Of a stretch of 47,183 nt of DNA, positions 8,309 to 17,214 are shown in pieces. The first letter of the stretch is position 1; every line of letters starts with the position of its first letter. The notes beneath the pieces were generated by a model. The model was given only the letters and a program-made list of their open reading frames with translations, made no database searches and had not been told where the DNA came from. Source of the DNA: Gemmatimonadales bacterium (GTDB taxonomy: Bacteria; Gemmatimonadota; Gemmatimonadetes; Gemmatimonadales; GWC2-71-9). The position numbers and the translations under genes are program-made. The stretch is taken from positions 1 to 47,183 of the forward strand of contig DASYPZ010000009.1 in NCBI GenBank assembly GCA_036006105.1, in the 5' to 3' direction.

Positions 8309-9976
8309 TCACGACAACAGGTGCACCGCGTAGGGACTATCGCCCAGCCGCTGCCAGCCGGCCGGGAGCGCCATGTCGCCCACCCATGAGATCACCGCCT
8401 TGCAACCCTCCGCCGCGAACGCAGCCAGCACCGCGCGCTGATATTCCTCCGAGCTGTTCCAGAACTCGTTGGCCCGGGTGCGCTGCACTTCCGCGATGAT
8501 GCTGACACGGGCCAGCCGGGCCCAGCCACTCGCCACCCAGGGTGAGATCGAGGCGACCCGATCACCGGGCGCGATCCCCCGCTCGTGCAACGCCACCGAG
8601 GCCTCGAAGTCGTGGATCTGATTCTTGGACGCGTTGTCCTTGACGTCGTCCAGGATCTGCGACGTGGTGTCCCAGCCCAGATTCAGCACGATGACCGCCA
8701 CCAGAGCACCAACCAGCCGGGGGGTGAGCGGCCGGAGCGTGCGGACCCCGTACAACAGCGCCAGCCAGATCACCGCGAGGAAGGCGCCGAGGTAGCGCTC
8801 CTCGACGTGCAGCGTGGCGTACGCGCCCAGCGCGGCCGCGCCCACCAGCAGCATCGGCCAGAAGGCAAAGATCGAGGCCACGGTCCCGCGCAGGCCCGCC
8901 ACCCACCAGAGGACTACCAGGGCCAGCCCCAGGCCGGCCATCCGTTCGAGTACTCCCAGGTAGATCCACACATTCCGCCGCAGGATCAGGCGCTGGCGCT
9001 GCCACTGAAATCCGGGACGCACGCCCTCGGTCCAGTAGTACGGATCGTACCAGATCGCCGTAGTGACGGAGAGCGGACGGGCGAACGAGAACGCCGGCGG
9101 ATCCAGCCCGACCAGCTTCTTGACCGGATGAATGAACGCGCCGGTCGCGTCTCCGGTGCTCTGCCAATAGGGTGCGATCTTGTCGAGGTAGAGGAGGTGC
9201 ACCACGGTGCCGGCCTCCCCGAAGGTGGGCCGATGCGCCACCCGGGAGACCGCCGCCATGAACGGCCCCGCGATCACCGCGAAACAGCATCCGGCCAGCG
9301 CGGTGCGGAGCACCCGCCGGCGGAGATCCCCGGAAAAACCCAACGACGCGAGCAGCATGATCACGCCGAGCGGAAACATGATGGCCTTGGCCAGATACCC
9401 GACGCCCAGGACCACGCCGAACACGACCCACGCCCTCCAGCGGTCGGGCGCAGTCCGCAGGCGGATCAGGAGACCCACCGACAGGTACAGGAACGCCGAC
9501 ATGAGCATATCGGGCGTGGGCTTCATGAGCGTCAGCATGCCGAGCGACGCCCAGAGAAAGAGCGAATAGCCGATGACCAGCACCGCCCAGCGGGGCAGCG
9601 GCTCGCCCGGCGGGGAACCCGAGCCGAGCATGGAGCGCAGCAGAAACTCGAAGGAGACGAAGGCCAGGAGAAAGCACAGAAAATTCACCAGGTGCGCCAC
9701 CGGGAATTCCCAGGCCGCCGAGGGATGGAGCACGCTGTTGAGCAGGCCGATCAACGCCGGATACAGGGGGCTCCAGGTCGCGCTGACCAGGCGGCTCCAC
9801 TGGTGGGAGGGGATCGCGTCGCTCATGTCGAAATAGGAGATGGCATCGCCGTTGACCCACTGGCGGAACACCACCATCTGATAGAGGGCGACCGCGATGC
9901 CCACGGTCCACGCTCCGACTCGCACGCCGGACCAGCCGAGGGCGCCGGCACTCGGCCGTCCCGTGTTACCGGTCAT
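8309..9976 (-). CDS. Polytopic membrane glycosyltransferase, GT-C fold (ArnT/PMT-like, family 39/83-like) with a C-terminal soluble domain
   Basis: 555 aa with about 11-13 hydrophobic helices. An acidic motif in the first loop (NGDAISYFDMSDAI) resembles the DD/DE motif of ArnT/PMT enzymes. It is the last gene of a string with a GT2 polyprenyl-phosphate glycosyltransferase and DUF2304. Family assignment is by architecture and context only. Confidence 0.55.
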   Translation of the reverse strand: MTGNTGRPSAGALGWSGVRVGAWTVGIAVALYQMVVFRQWVNGDAISYFDMSDAIPSHQWSRLVSATWSPLYPALIGLLNSVLHPSAAWEFPVAHLVNFLCFLLAFVSFEFLLRSMLGSGSPPGEPLPRWAVLVIGYSLFLWASLGMLTLMKPTPDMLMSAFLYLSVGLLIRLRTAPDRWRAWVVFGVVLGVGYLAKAIMFPLGVIMLLASLGFSGDLRRRVLRTALAGCCFAVIAGPFMAAVSRVAHRPTFGEAGTVVHLLYLDKIAPYWQSTGDATGAFIHPVKKLVGLDPPAFSFARPLSVTTAIWYDPYYWTEGVRPGFQWQRQRLILRRNVWIYLGVLERMAGLGLALVVLWWVAGLRGTVASIFAFWPMLLVGAAALGAYATLHVEERYLGAFLAVIWLALLYGVRTLRPLTPRLVGALVAVIVLNLGWDTTSQILDDVKDNASKNQIHDFEASVALHERGIAPGDRVASISPWVASGWARLARVSIIAEVQRTRANEFWNSSEEYQRAVLAAFAAEGCKAVISWVGDMALPAGWQRLGDSPYAVHLLS

Positions 9977-10010
9977 GAGTGACTCCAGGTGAGTCGTGCG
10001 GCCGAACCGA

Positions 10011-10397
10011 TTAGAGGCGGGTCCGATCCGGCCCGGCCGGCTGATCCATGCCGAGGGAGCGGGGATGCTCCGTGCCGGTCGGCTCGGCCTCGATGATCGC
10101 CACCCGCCGGACCACCTCGGTCAGCGAGCGGTTGAGCCGGCTCAGCTTGGAGACCATGAGCACCGCGAAGAACACGAATCCCACCGCGAACAGATAGAAG
10201 GTCAGATCGGTTCCCCGCCCGACCCCGACCAAATCGGCGACCCGCTGGGTCGAGTCCGGCACCAGGACCGCCGCGCAGGCGATACCGAAGAAAAACAGCC
10301 CCAGCAACCGATCCCGCAGCGAGGAGCGCAGGAAGCGGAGATACACGACCAGGGCGATGAGGAACGCAACCAGGAGGAGCGGCTGGATCAGATGCAT
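10011..10397 (-). CDS. Small membrane protein, DUF2304-like
   Basis: 128 aa with three to four TM helices and then an amphipathic tail (KLSRLNRSLTEVVRRVAIIEA). ATG at 10397-10395 shares one base with the GT2 stop (TGATG). This small protein type typically accompanies GT2 polyprenyl-phosphate glycosyltransferases. The ORF-track start at 10664 lies inside the GT2 gene and was rejected. Confidence 0.6.
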   Translation of the reverse strand: MHLIQPLLLVAFLIALVVYLRFLRSSLRDRLLGLFFFGIACAAVLVPDSTQRVADLVGVGRGTDLTFYLFAVGFVFFAVLMVSKLSRLNRSLTEVVRRVAIIEAEPTGTEHPRSLGMDQPAGPDRTRL

Positions 10398-11089
10398 CAG
10401 GAAAACTTTCCGGAAATCGATTCCCAGAGAATGTTCATGGCGTTGGACAGCTTCTGCCCCTTGGCGATCGAGTACTCGGTGTAGCGAATGGTGACCGGGA
10501 CTTCCACGTATGGAATGGCGAGCCGCGCGATTTCCTCGAGGATCTGGGACGCGTGCGCCATGCGGTTCTGGGTGATCCGCAGCTGGCCGGCGGCCCGGCG
10601 GGACAGGGCCCGAAAGCCGTTGTGGGTATCGGTAATGTCGAGTCCGGTGGTCCGCCGGGACCACAGGGTGCCGAGCTTGAGGGTCAGGGTCCGTCCCCTG
10701 GAAATGTTGATGGCCCTGCCGCCTCCGCCGAAACGGGTCCCCAGCGCGACCTCGGCCTTCCCGCTGCGCAATGGCTCCAGCAGCAGCTCGATCTCATCGG
10801 CGAGATGCTGGCCATCGGCGTCGAAGGTGACCAGGTACTTCGCCCCGCTCTTCAGGGCGAAATCGATCCCGGTCTGGATCGCGGCTCCCTGGCCCAGGTT
10901 GACGCAATGGCGAAGGATCCGCACCCCGGGACGGGACACCGACTGCGCGACCGGCACCTTCGATCCGTCGTCCACGACCACGACGGAGTACCGGAACGGC
11001 GCCAGCTGGGCGAGGACATCGCCCAGCGGTTCGCCATCATTGTAGGAGGGAATGATCACCCAGGTGTCGGCCGGCTCGGCGTTGCTCAC
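10397..11089 (-). CDS. Family-2 glycosyltransferase (polyprenyl-phosphate sugar transferase, ArnC/DPM1-like)
   Basis: VIIPSYNDGEPL ... VVVVDDGS ... TFDADGQH are classic GT2 (GT-A) motifs. 230 aa. GTG start at 11089 with GAGGGA 8 nt upstream. Confidence 0.88.
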   Translation of the reverse strand: MSNAEPADTWVIIPSYNDGEPLGDVLAQLAPFRYSVVVVDDGSKVPVAQSVSRPGVRILRHCVNLGQGAAIQTGIDFALKSGAKYLVTFDADGQHLADEIELLLEPLRSGKAEVALGTRFGGGGRAINISRGRTLTLKLGTLWSRRTTGLDITDTHNGFRALSRRAAGQLRITQNRMAHASQILEEIARLAIPYVEVPVTIRYTEYSIAKGQKLSNAMNILWESISGKFS

Positions 11090-11233
11090 GGCGATCCCTC
11101 AATGGGTGGAGAACACAGGTGACCGTTCGAAGGTAGCAGGCGCCGTTCCCTCTCGCCAACAAACCGCCCTACCAGGGGGACAACAGCCCCTGTAACCTCC
11201 GTCTTTCCAATGATTTAGGTGGTTCGGTAGCGC

Positions 11234-11263
11234 TTGCTCGCGCCCGCTCCTCCCGGCTATATT
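11234..11263 (+). promoter_or_regulatory. Candidate sigma-70-type promoter for gyrA (TTGCTC, 18-nt spacer, TATATT)
   Basis: TTGCTC at 11234-11239 and TATATT at 11258-11263 lie in the only long spacer (215 bp), about 40 nt upstream of the gyrA ATG. This is a pattern match only, and the promoter consensus of this lineage is unknown. Confidence 0.3.
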
Positions 11264-11304
11264 TGGCCCGGCTTCCCACGCCCTTTCCCGGACCGAAATC
11301 GCCC

Positions 11305-13803
11305 ATGACCGCACCCAATTCGCGCGAACGAATTCTGCCCCGGCCCATCGAGGAAGAGATGAAGCAGAGCTTCATCAACTATTCGATGAGCGTGATCGTC
11401 TCGCGCGCGCTGCCCGATGCGCGCGACGGGTTGAAGCCGGTGCACCGTCGAATTCTCCACGCGATGAACGAGCTCGGCCTGGTGCCGGGCCGGCCCTACA
11501 AGAAGTCCGCCACCGTCGTGGGCGACGTGCTGGGCAAGTACCACCCGCATGGTGACGCATCGGTCTACGACGCACTGGTCCGGATGGTCCAGGATTTCTC
11601 CCTGCGCTATCCGCTGGTCGACGGGCAGGGCAACTTCGGCTCGGTGGACGGAGATCCGGCGGCGGCCTACCGGTATACCGAGGCGCGGCTCACCCGCATC
11701 GCCGTGGCGATGCTCGAGGATATCGACAAGGAAACGGTCGCGTTCCAGCCCAATTTCGACGACCGGCTGGTGGAGCCCTCCGTGCTCCCGTCCAAGATTC
11801 CGAATCTGCTGGTGAACGGATCCAGCGGCATCGCGGTCGGGATGGCCACCAATATTCCGCCCCACAACCTCCGCGAGGTGGCCAAGGCGGTCGAGCTGCT
11901 GGTGGATAACCCGGAAGCGGAGACCGACGATCTCCTCAAGCACATCAAGGGTCCCGACTTCCCGACCGGCGGCTACATCTACGGCACCAGCGGGCTCAAG
12001 GAGGCCTATCGCACCGGCCGGGGCAAGGTGATCATGCGGGCCCGGGTCCAGGTCGAGGAGAAACCTTCCAGCGGCCGCAGCGCCATCGTGGTGACCGAGC
12101 TGCCCTACCAGGTCAACAAGGCGACGCTGCACAAGGACATCGCCTCGCTGGTCAACGAGAAGAAGATCGAGGGCATCAGCGACGCGCGGGACGAATCCGA
12201 CCGCGACGGCATGCGGCTGGTCATCGAGCTGAAGCGCGACGCCAACCCCGGGGTGGTGCTGAACCAGCTCTACAAGCACACCTCGATGCAGTCCACCTTC
12301 GGCGTGATCAACCTCGCGCTGGTCAAGGGCCAGCCCAAGGTGATGCCGCTCAAGGAGCTGCTCGAGCACTTCATCGAGCATCGCCACCAGATCATCATCC
12401 GGCGGACCCAGTTCGATCTCACCGCCGCCGAGGCCCGGGAGCACATCCTGGACGGCCTCAAGATCGCGGTAGACAACCTCGACGAGGTGATCAAGATCAT
12501 CCGCGGCTCGGCCGACAGCGACGAGGCCGACGGCCGGCTGCGCAAGCGGTTCGGCTTCTCCGAGAAGCAGAGCGAGGCGATCCTCAACATGCGGCTCGCC
12601 AAGCTCACCGGCCTCGAGATCGACAAGCTCGACGCCGAGCTGAAGGAAGTCCGGGCGACCATCAGCGAGCTCCGCAGCATCCTCAAGAGCAAGGAAAAGC
12701 GGATGGGCATCCTCAAGTCCGAGATGGCCGAGGTGGCCAAGGACTACGGGGACGACCGCCGGACCGAGATCATCCCCGACCAGGACGACTTCTCGGTGGA
12801 GGATCTGATCGCCGAGGAGGACATGGTGATCACGATCTCCCACTCGGGGTACATCAAGCGGATTCCGGTGTCCACCTACCGGAAGCAGCGGCGGGGCGGC
12901 CGGGGCCTGACCGGGGCCACCGCGAAGGAAGACGACTGGATCGAGCACCTGTTCATCGCCTCGACCCACGACTACGTGATGTTCTTCAGCGACAAGGGCC
13001 AGGTCTACTGGCTCAAGGTCCATGAAATTCCTCAGGGCGGCCGCGCCGCGCGCGGCAAGCCGGTCATCCAGTGCATCGCGATCCGGTCCGAGGAGCGGAT
13101 CGCGGCGCTGGTGCCGGTGAAGCAGTTCATCGATACCAAGTGGCTGCTCTTCGCGACCCGGAACGGCACCGTCAAGAAGACGGTCCTGTCGGCGTACGGC
13201 AACGTGCGCGCCAACGGCATCAACGCGATCAACATCGAAGACGGCGACGAGCTGATCGACGTCCAGATCACCGACGGCAACAACGACATCGTCCTGGCGA
13301 CCCGGCTGGGCATGAGCATCCGGTTCCACGAGAGCGACGCCCGCGACATGGGCCGCGCGACCACCGGGGTCAAGGGCATCGAGCTCGACAAGGAAGACGG
13401 GGTCATCGGCATGGTGGTGATCCAGCGCGACTCCACCCTGCTGGTCGTGGCCGAGAACGGGTTCGGCAAGCGGTCGGAGCTGTCGGACTACCGGGTCCAG
13501 AAGCGGGGCGGCAAGGGCATCATCACCATGCACAGCACCGACAAGACCGGCGCGCTGGTCGCGCTCAAGGAAGTACTGCCCGACGACGAGCTGATGATGA
13601 TCACCAGGAAGGGGATCATCATCCGGGTACCGGTGGAGGGCATCCGGGTCATCGGGCGGAACACCCAGGGAGTTCGGGTGATGCATCTCGACGAAGGCGA
13701 TGTCCTCGTCGACGTGGCCCGGGTGGTCAAGGAAGACGAGGGCGGAGCCGAGGAGCCGACCGAGGACGACACCCCCGCGCCGGCCGAGACGAACGGTCAG
13801 TGA
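11305..13803 (+). CDS. gyrA: DNA gyrase subunit A
   Basis: [37 protein letters not shown] is [13 protein letters not shown]. Active-site [10 protein letters not shown]. GyrA box RKQRRGGRG in the C-terminal beta-pinwheel, plus an acidic tail. ATG at 11305 ([19 protein letters not shown]) is preferred over the upstream start at 11263. Confidence 0.97.
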   Translation: MTAPNSRERILPRPIEEEMKQSFINYSMSVIVSRALPDARDGLKPVHRRILHAMNELGLVPGRPYKKSATVVGDVLGKYHPHGDASVYDALVRMVQDFSLRYPLVDGQGNFGSVDGDPAAAYRYTEARLTRIAVAMLEDIDKETVAFQPNFDDRLVEPSVLPSKIPNLLVNGSSGIAVGMATNIPPHNLREVAKAVELLVDNPEAETDDLLKHIKGPDFPTGGYIYGTSGLKEAYRTGRGKVIMRARVQVEEKPSSGRSAIVVTELPYQVNKATLHKDIASLVNEKKIEGISDARDESDRDGMRLVIELKRDANPGVVLNQLYKHTSMQSTFGVINLALVKGQPKVMPLKELLEHFIEHRHQIIIRRTQFDLTAAEAREHILDGLKIAVDNLDEVIKIIRGSADSDEADGRLRKRFGFSEKQSEAILNMRLAKLTGLEIDKLDAELKEVRATISELRSILKSKEKRMGILKSEMAEVAKDYGDDRRTEIIPDQDDFSVEDLIAEEDMVITISHSGYIKRIPVSTYRKQRRGGRGLTGATAKEDDWIEHLFIASTHDYVMFFSDKGQVYWLKVHEIPQGGRAARGKPVIQCIAIRSEERIAALVPVKQFIDTKWLLFATRNGTVKKTVLSAYGNVRANGINAINIEDGDELIDVQITDGNNDIVLATRLGMSIRFHESDARDMGRATTGVKGIELDKEDGVIGMVVIQRDSTLLVVAENGFGKRSELSDYRVQKRGGKGIITMHSTDKTGALVALKEVLPDDELMMITRKGIIIRVPVEGIRVIGRNTQGVRVMHLDEGDVLVDVARVVKEDEGGAEEPTEDDTPAPAETNGQ

Positions 13804-14744
13804 ACCCGGCCCAGGCCGAGCTTCGCAGCGCCGCGAAGGCACTCGAAGGCGTCGCGGTTCGCACGCCGCTGGTCGAGGCACCGGACCTCTCCCGCCGGCT
13901 CGGCGTACCGGTATGGCTCAAGTGCGAGCAGTGGCAGCCGGTGGGTGCGTTCAAGGTTCGGGGTGCCTGGACCGCGATCACCCGAATGCCGGAGGGAGAA
14001 CGGGCCCATGGGGTCATCGCCCACTCCAGCGGCAATCACGGACGGGCGGTGGCATGGGTGGCGCGCCGGCTCGGGCTTCGCGCGGTGATCGTGATGAACG
14101 ACAACGCGCCCCCCATCAAGGTGGACGCGGTCCGCGCCGAGGGTGCGGAGGTGGTTCTGGTGGACCGGTACCTGCGACAGCAGACCGCCGACGAGCTCGC
14201 TGTGCGAGAGGGACTCGCCATGGTGCCCCCCTACGAGCACGCCAACGTGATCCTGGGACAGGGAACCTGCGCCCTCGAGATCATCGAGGACCACCCCGAG
14301 ATCGGCGCGATCCTGGTGCCGGTCGGGGGAGGCGGGCTTCTTGCAGGATCCTGCCTGGCCGCCACGGCGCTCGAACACCGGGCGGAGCTGATCGGGGTGG
14401 AGCCCGAGGGCGCCGCCAAGCTGAGCGCGGCGCTCGCGGCGGGCGAACCCCGGGCGCTGACCGGCACCGCCAGCATCGCGGACGGACTGCTGCCGGTTGC
14501 AGTGGGCCGGCTGCCCTGGAGTCACATCGGCCAACGAGTCCATCGAGCGGTTCGTATTTCAGAAGAGTCCATTGCTGCCGCGGTACGATATCTCTTCCGG
14601 AACGCCGGTCTCCGGATCGAGCCCTCGGGGTCGGTCACGGTAGCCGCCCTTCTCGATGGGTCCTACCGGCCCCCGGGACCCGTGGCAGCCATTTTGAGCG
14701 GAGGCAATGTGGACCCTGATCTCTTCGCTCGGCTCACCGCCTGA
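13800..14744 (+). CDS. PLP-dependent serine/threonine dehydratase family enzyme (short catabolic / serine-racemase-like form, no ACT domain)
   Basis: PLP-lysine motif GAFKVRGA, then HSSGNHG and the glycine loop [11 protein letters not shown]. 314 aa. GTG at 13800 overlaps the gyrA stop (GTGA 13800-13803). The upstream part of ORF 13071-14744 is an out-of-frame read of gyrA. Confidence 0.85.
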   Translation: MNPAQAELRSAAKALEGVAVRTPLVEAPDLSRRLGVPVWLKCEQWQPVGAFKVRGAWTAITRMPEGERAHGVIAHSSGNHGRAVAWVARRLGLRAVIVMNDNAPPIKVDAVRAEGAEVVLVDRYLRQQTADELAVREGLAMVPPYEHANVILGQGTCALEIIEDHPEIGAILVPVGGGGLLAGSCLAATALEHRAELIGVEPEGAAKLSAALAAGEPRALTGTASIADGLLPVAVGRLPWSHIGQRVHRAVRISEESIAAAVRYLFRNAGLRIEPSGSVTVAALLDGSYRPPGPVAAILSGGNVDPDLFARLTA

Positions 14745-14745
14745 T

Positions 14746-16149
14746 ATGACCAGTCTGGTTCCGCACGTGCTCATCGTGGACGGCGACCAGACCTTTGCCC
14801 GGACGGTCTGCCGGCTCCTGAGCGAGAACGGCTACGACGCCGCGACGCTGTCCAGCGGCGCCGCCCTCACCGAGTACATGCTGACCCAGCCCGTCGATCT
14901 GCTCCTCCTGGACCTGGCGCTGCCCGGGCAGGACGGGTTCTCCATCATCGAGCTCATCCGCCGCGACCATGCGTACCGCAATCTGCCGGTGCTGGCCCTG
15001 CATGCCCCGGGCAGCGTGGTACCGGGCGCGGCGGCATTGGGCGCCTCGGAGCTGATTCCGAAGCCGATCCAGGTTCGGGAGCTGCTCGCCAAGATTCGGG
15101 CCCATCTGCGGGCCGGCCGGGGCGTGAACCGGTCCCGTGCCGAGGCGCGATCGCAGGCCGCGCTGGTGGAGCTGCTGCGCGAGATGACGTCCGATCTTCC
15201 GCCCCGCGAGCTGTTCCAGGTCCTGGTGCGTCAGGTCGCGGCCGCCCTGCGGATTCCCCGTTGCTCGATTCTGTTCGGCAAGCCCGGCGCCGAGCGCGTC
15301 ACGGTTGCCGCCGCATCGGAAAACCCGATGCTCAGCGACCTCTCGGTCGATGTCCGGCTTTATCCCGAGATCCAGAAGGCCTTCGCCACCGGCGAGGTGG
15401 TCCTGGTGCGGGATGCACCGACCGATCCGTTGTACCGCGGCATGAACAACATCGAGACCCGCTCGACCCTGGTGCTGCCGTTTTCACTCGCGGATGACCG
15501 CGCCGGGGTCTTCTTTCTCCGCACCGGCCCGGGTGACCCGCCGCTGGGCGACACCGATCTGCGGTTCGCCGCCCGGGTGGTGGACTCGGCGGTGTCGGCG
15601 ATCGAGCGGGCGCGGGAGCGGGAGGAGGCGAACCGCAGTGACGCGGGTCAGCGGCAACAGGCCGAAACCGATCCGCTCACCGGGCTCCTCAACCGGGAAG
15701 GGCTGGGGCGCCGGCTGCGCGACGAGCTGGAGCGGGTCGGGCCGGTCGGCGCGCCGCTCACCTGCATGCTGATCCACCTGGGGGACCTGAAGCGGCTCTC
15801 GGTCATCTACGGCAGCCGGGCCGGCGCCCGGATCCTGACGCAATTCGCCGATCTGCTGCGCCGGGAGCAGCGGCCGGTCGACGGGGTGGCGCGCACCGGC
15901 GAGGATGAATTCGCGATCCTGCTCCCCGACACCGGCGGGCTCGCGGCGCGACTCTTCGCGGAACGGATTCTCCGGATGGCGGAGCGGACCGCGTTCGGAG
16001 ATCCCGACGAGCCCATCACGGTATCGGTCAGCCTGGGGTTGGCCACCTTTCCCGGCGAGAAGGACCGCGACGGTGATGCACTCCTCGCGCGGGCGGGACA
16101 GAATCTGCAGCGCGCCATGGCGGCCGGCGGCAGCGGTTACCGGGATTGA
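14746..16149 (+). CDS. Response-regulator receiver - GAF - degenerate GGDEF domain protein
   Basis: REC: VLIVDGD ... LLLLDLALPG ... PKP. GAF in the middle. C-terminal GGDEF fold (DPLTGLLNREG ...) has the signature replaced by GEDEF and other catalytic positions altered, while RxxD (RPVD) is retained 5 residues upstream. ATG at 14746 lies 1 nt after the dehydratase stop. Confidence 0.88.
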   Translation: MTSLVPHVLIVDGDQTFARTVCRLLSENGYDAATLSSGAALTEYMLTQPVDLLLLDLALPGQDGFSIIELIRRDHAYRNLPVLALHAPGSVVPGAAALGASELIPKPIQVRELLAKIRAHLRAGRGVNRSRAEARSQAALVELLREMTSDLPPRELFQVLVRQVAAALRIPRCSILFGKPGAERVTVAAASENPMLSDLSVDVRLYPEIQKAFATGEVVLVRDAPTDPLYRGMNNIETRSTLVLPFSLADDRAGVFFLRTGPGDPPLGDTDLRFAARVVDSAVSAIERAREREEANRSDAGQRQQAETDPLTGLLNREGLGRRLRDELERVGPVGAPLTCMLIHLGDLKRLSVIYGSRAGARILTQFADLLRREQRPVDGVARTGEDEFAILLPDTGGLAARLFAERILRMAERTAFGDPDEPITVSVSLGLATFPGEKDRDGDALLARAGQNLQRAMAAGGSGYRD

Positions 16150-17177
16150 GCGCGCTGCGCTGTCCTCGCTGCGGCGCCACCTTCGACCCACCGGCCCGCT
16201 TCTGCATCAAGGACGGTTTTCCACTGGTTCCCGGTGGTGCCCCGGCGCCGACCACCCCTCGTGCGTTCGGGTTGCACCGGACCGGCGACGCGCGGCTGCC
16301 CCCCGCGCGCCGCGGCGATCCCGCATCGGGACTCTCCGGCCGGGTCATGGACGGGCGCTACCAGATGGAGATGCGGGTGGGCGAAGGCGGCATGGCCTAC
16401 GTCTACCGGGCCAAGGACCGGCAGAGCGGCCGCACCGTCGCGGTCAAGGTGCTGATGTCCCGTCTCACCGGCGACCAGGAGGCGGTGGCCCGGCTCCGGC
16501 GCGAGGCCCAGGTGGCGATGCGCCTCGATCATCCCAATGTCTGCGGCATTCTGGAGTGGGGCGAAGCGGGGGGCATGCCCTACCTGGTCATGCCCTTTCT
16601 CGAAGGGGAAACCCTGTCCCGCCGGGAAACCCGGCATGGCCCCATGCCCGCGACGCTCGCCGTGCCCTTTCTGCGTCAGCTGTGCCGGGGTCTCCAGCAC
16701 GCCCACAGCGCCGGCATCCTGCACCGGGATCTCAAGCCAGAGAACGTCATGCTGGTGACCGAGGACTCGGGGAGCGAACATGCCGTGGTGATGGACTTCG
16801 GCCTTGCCAAGGAAAGCGTGGCCGGTCCCGAAGTGATGAAGCTCACCGCCACCGGCATCGTGCTGGGCACCCCGGAGTTCATGAGCCCGGAGCAGATTCG
16901 GGGCAAGCCGCTGGATGCGCGGAGCGACATCTTCGCGCTGGGCGTCCTGGGATTCGAGATGCTGACGGGACGGCTTCCCTTCGAGGGCAATACCGGACAG
17001 GACACCATGCTGGCGCATCTGACCGGACAGCCGATGCGGCTCAGACAGGTCAACCCGGAGCTGTCGGCTCGGCTGGAACGAGTGATTGCCCAGAGCATGG
17101 CGCACCGCGCCGACGACCGGTTTGCGTCGATGCAGGAATTCGAGGAGGCCCTGGACGGCACCGAGGAAACGACATGA
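16146..17177 (+). CDS. Ser/Thr protein kinase (Hanks type) with N-terminal zinc-ribbon
   Basis: N-terminus RCPRCGATFDPPARFCIKDG (CxxC ... C). Kinase motifs GEGGMAYVYRA, VAVKVL, HRDLKPENV, DFG, SPEQ. TTG start at 16146 overlaps the upstream stop (TTGA). No TM segment, so probably cytoplasmic. Confidence 0.85.
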   Translation: MSALRCPRCGATFDPPARFCIKDGFPLVPGGAPAPTTPRAFGLHRTGDARLPPARRGDPASGLSGRVMDGRYQMEMRVGEGGMAYVYRAKDRQSGRTVAVKVLMSRLTGDQEAVARLRREAQVAMRLDHPNVCGILEWGEAGGMPYLVMPFLEGETLSRRETRHGPMPATLAVPFLRQLCRGLQHAHSAGILHRDLKPENVMLVTEDSGSEHAVVMDFGLAKESVAGPEVMKLTATGIVLGTPEFMSPEQIRGKPLDARSDIFALGVLGFEMLTGRLPFEGNTGQDTMLAHLTGQPMRLRQVNPELSARLERVIAQSMAHRADDRFASMQEFEEALDGTEETT

Positions 17178-17214
17178 TCATCGAACCCGCCGTCCCGGGG
17201 AACGAGCGGCCGGC

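Noticed and set aside
8585-9982. 465-aa plus-strand ORF and 449-aa minus-strand alternative frame over the GT-C gene
   Set aside because: Hydrophilic low-complexity translations. Only the 8309-9976 frame gives a coherent polytopic membrane protein.
11173-11192. Small hairpin CAGGGG-N8-CCCCTG in the gyrA upstream spacer, and the idea of a riboswitch or leader there
   Set aside because: A 6-bp stem only. It lies upstream of the candidate -35 element, so it is probably not transcribed with gyrA. The 215-bp spacer shows no larger conserved-looking structure.
11257-13881. 874-aa ORF antisense to gyrA
   Set aside because: Same reasoning. gyrA is unambiguous, and the antisense product is low-complexity (runs of D/L/V/G/H/P/R) with no recognisable domain.
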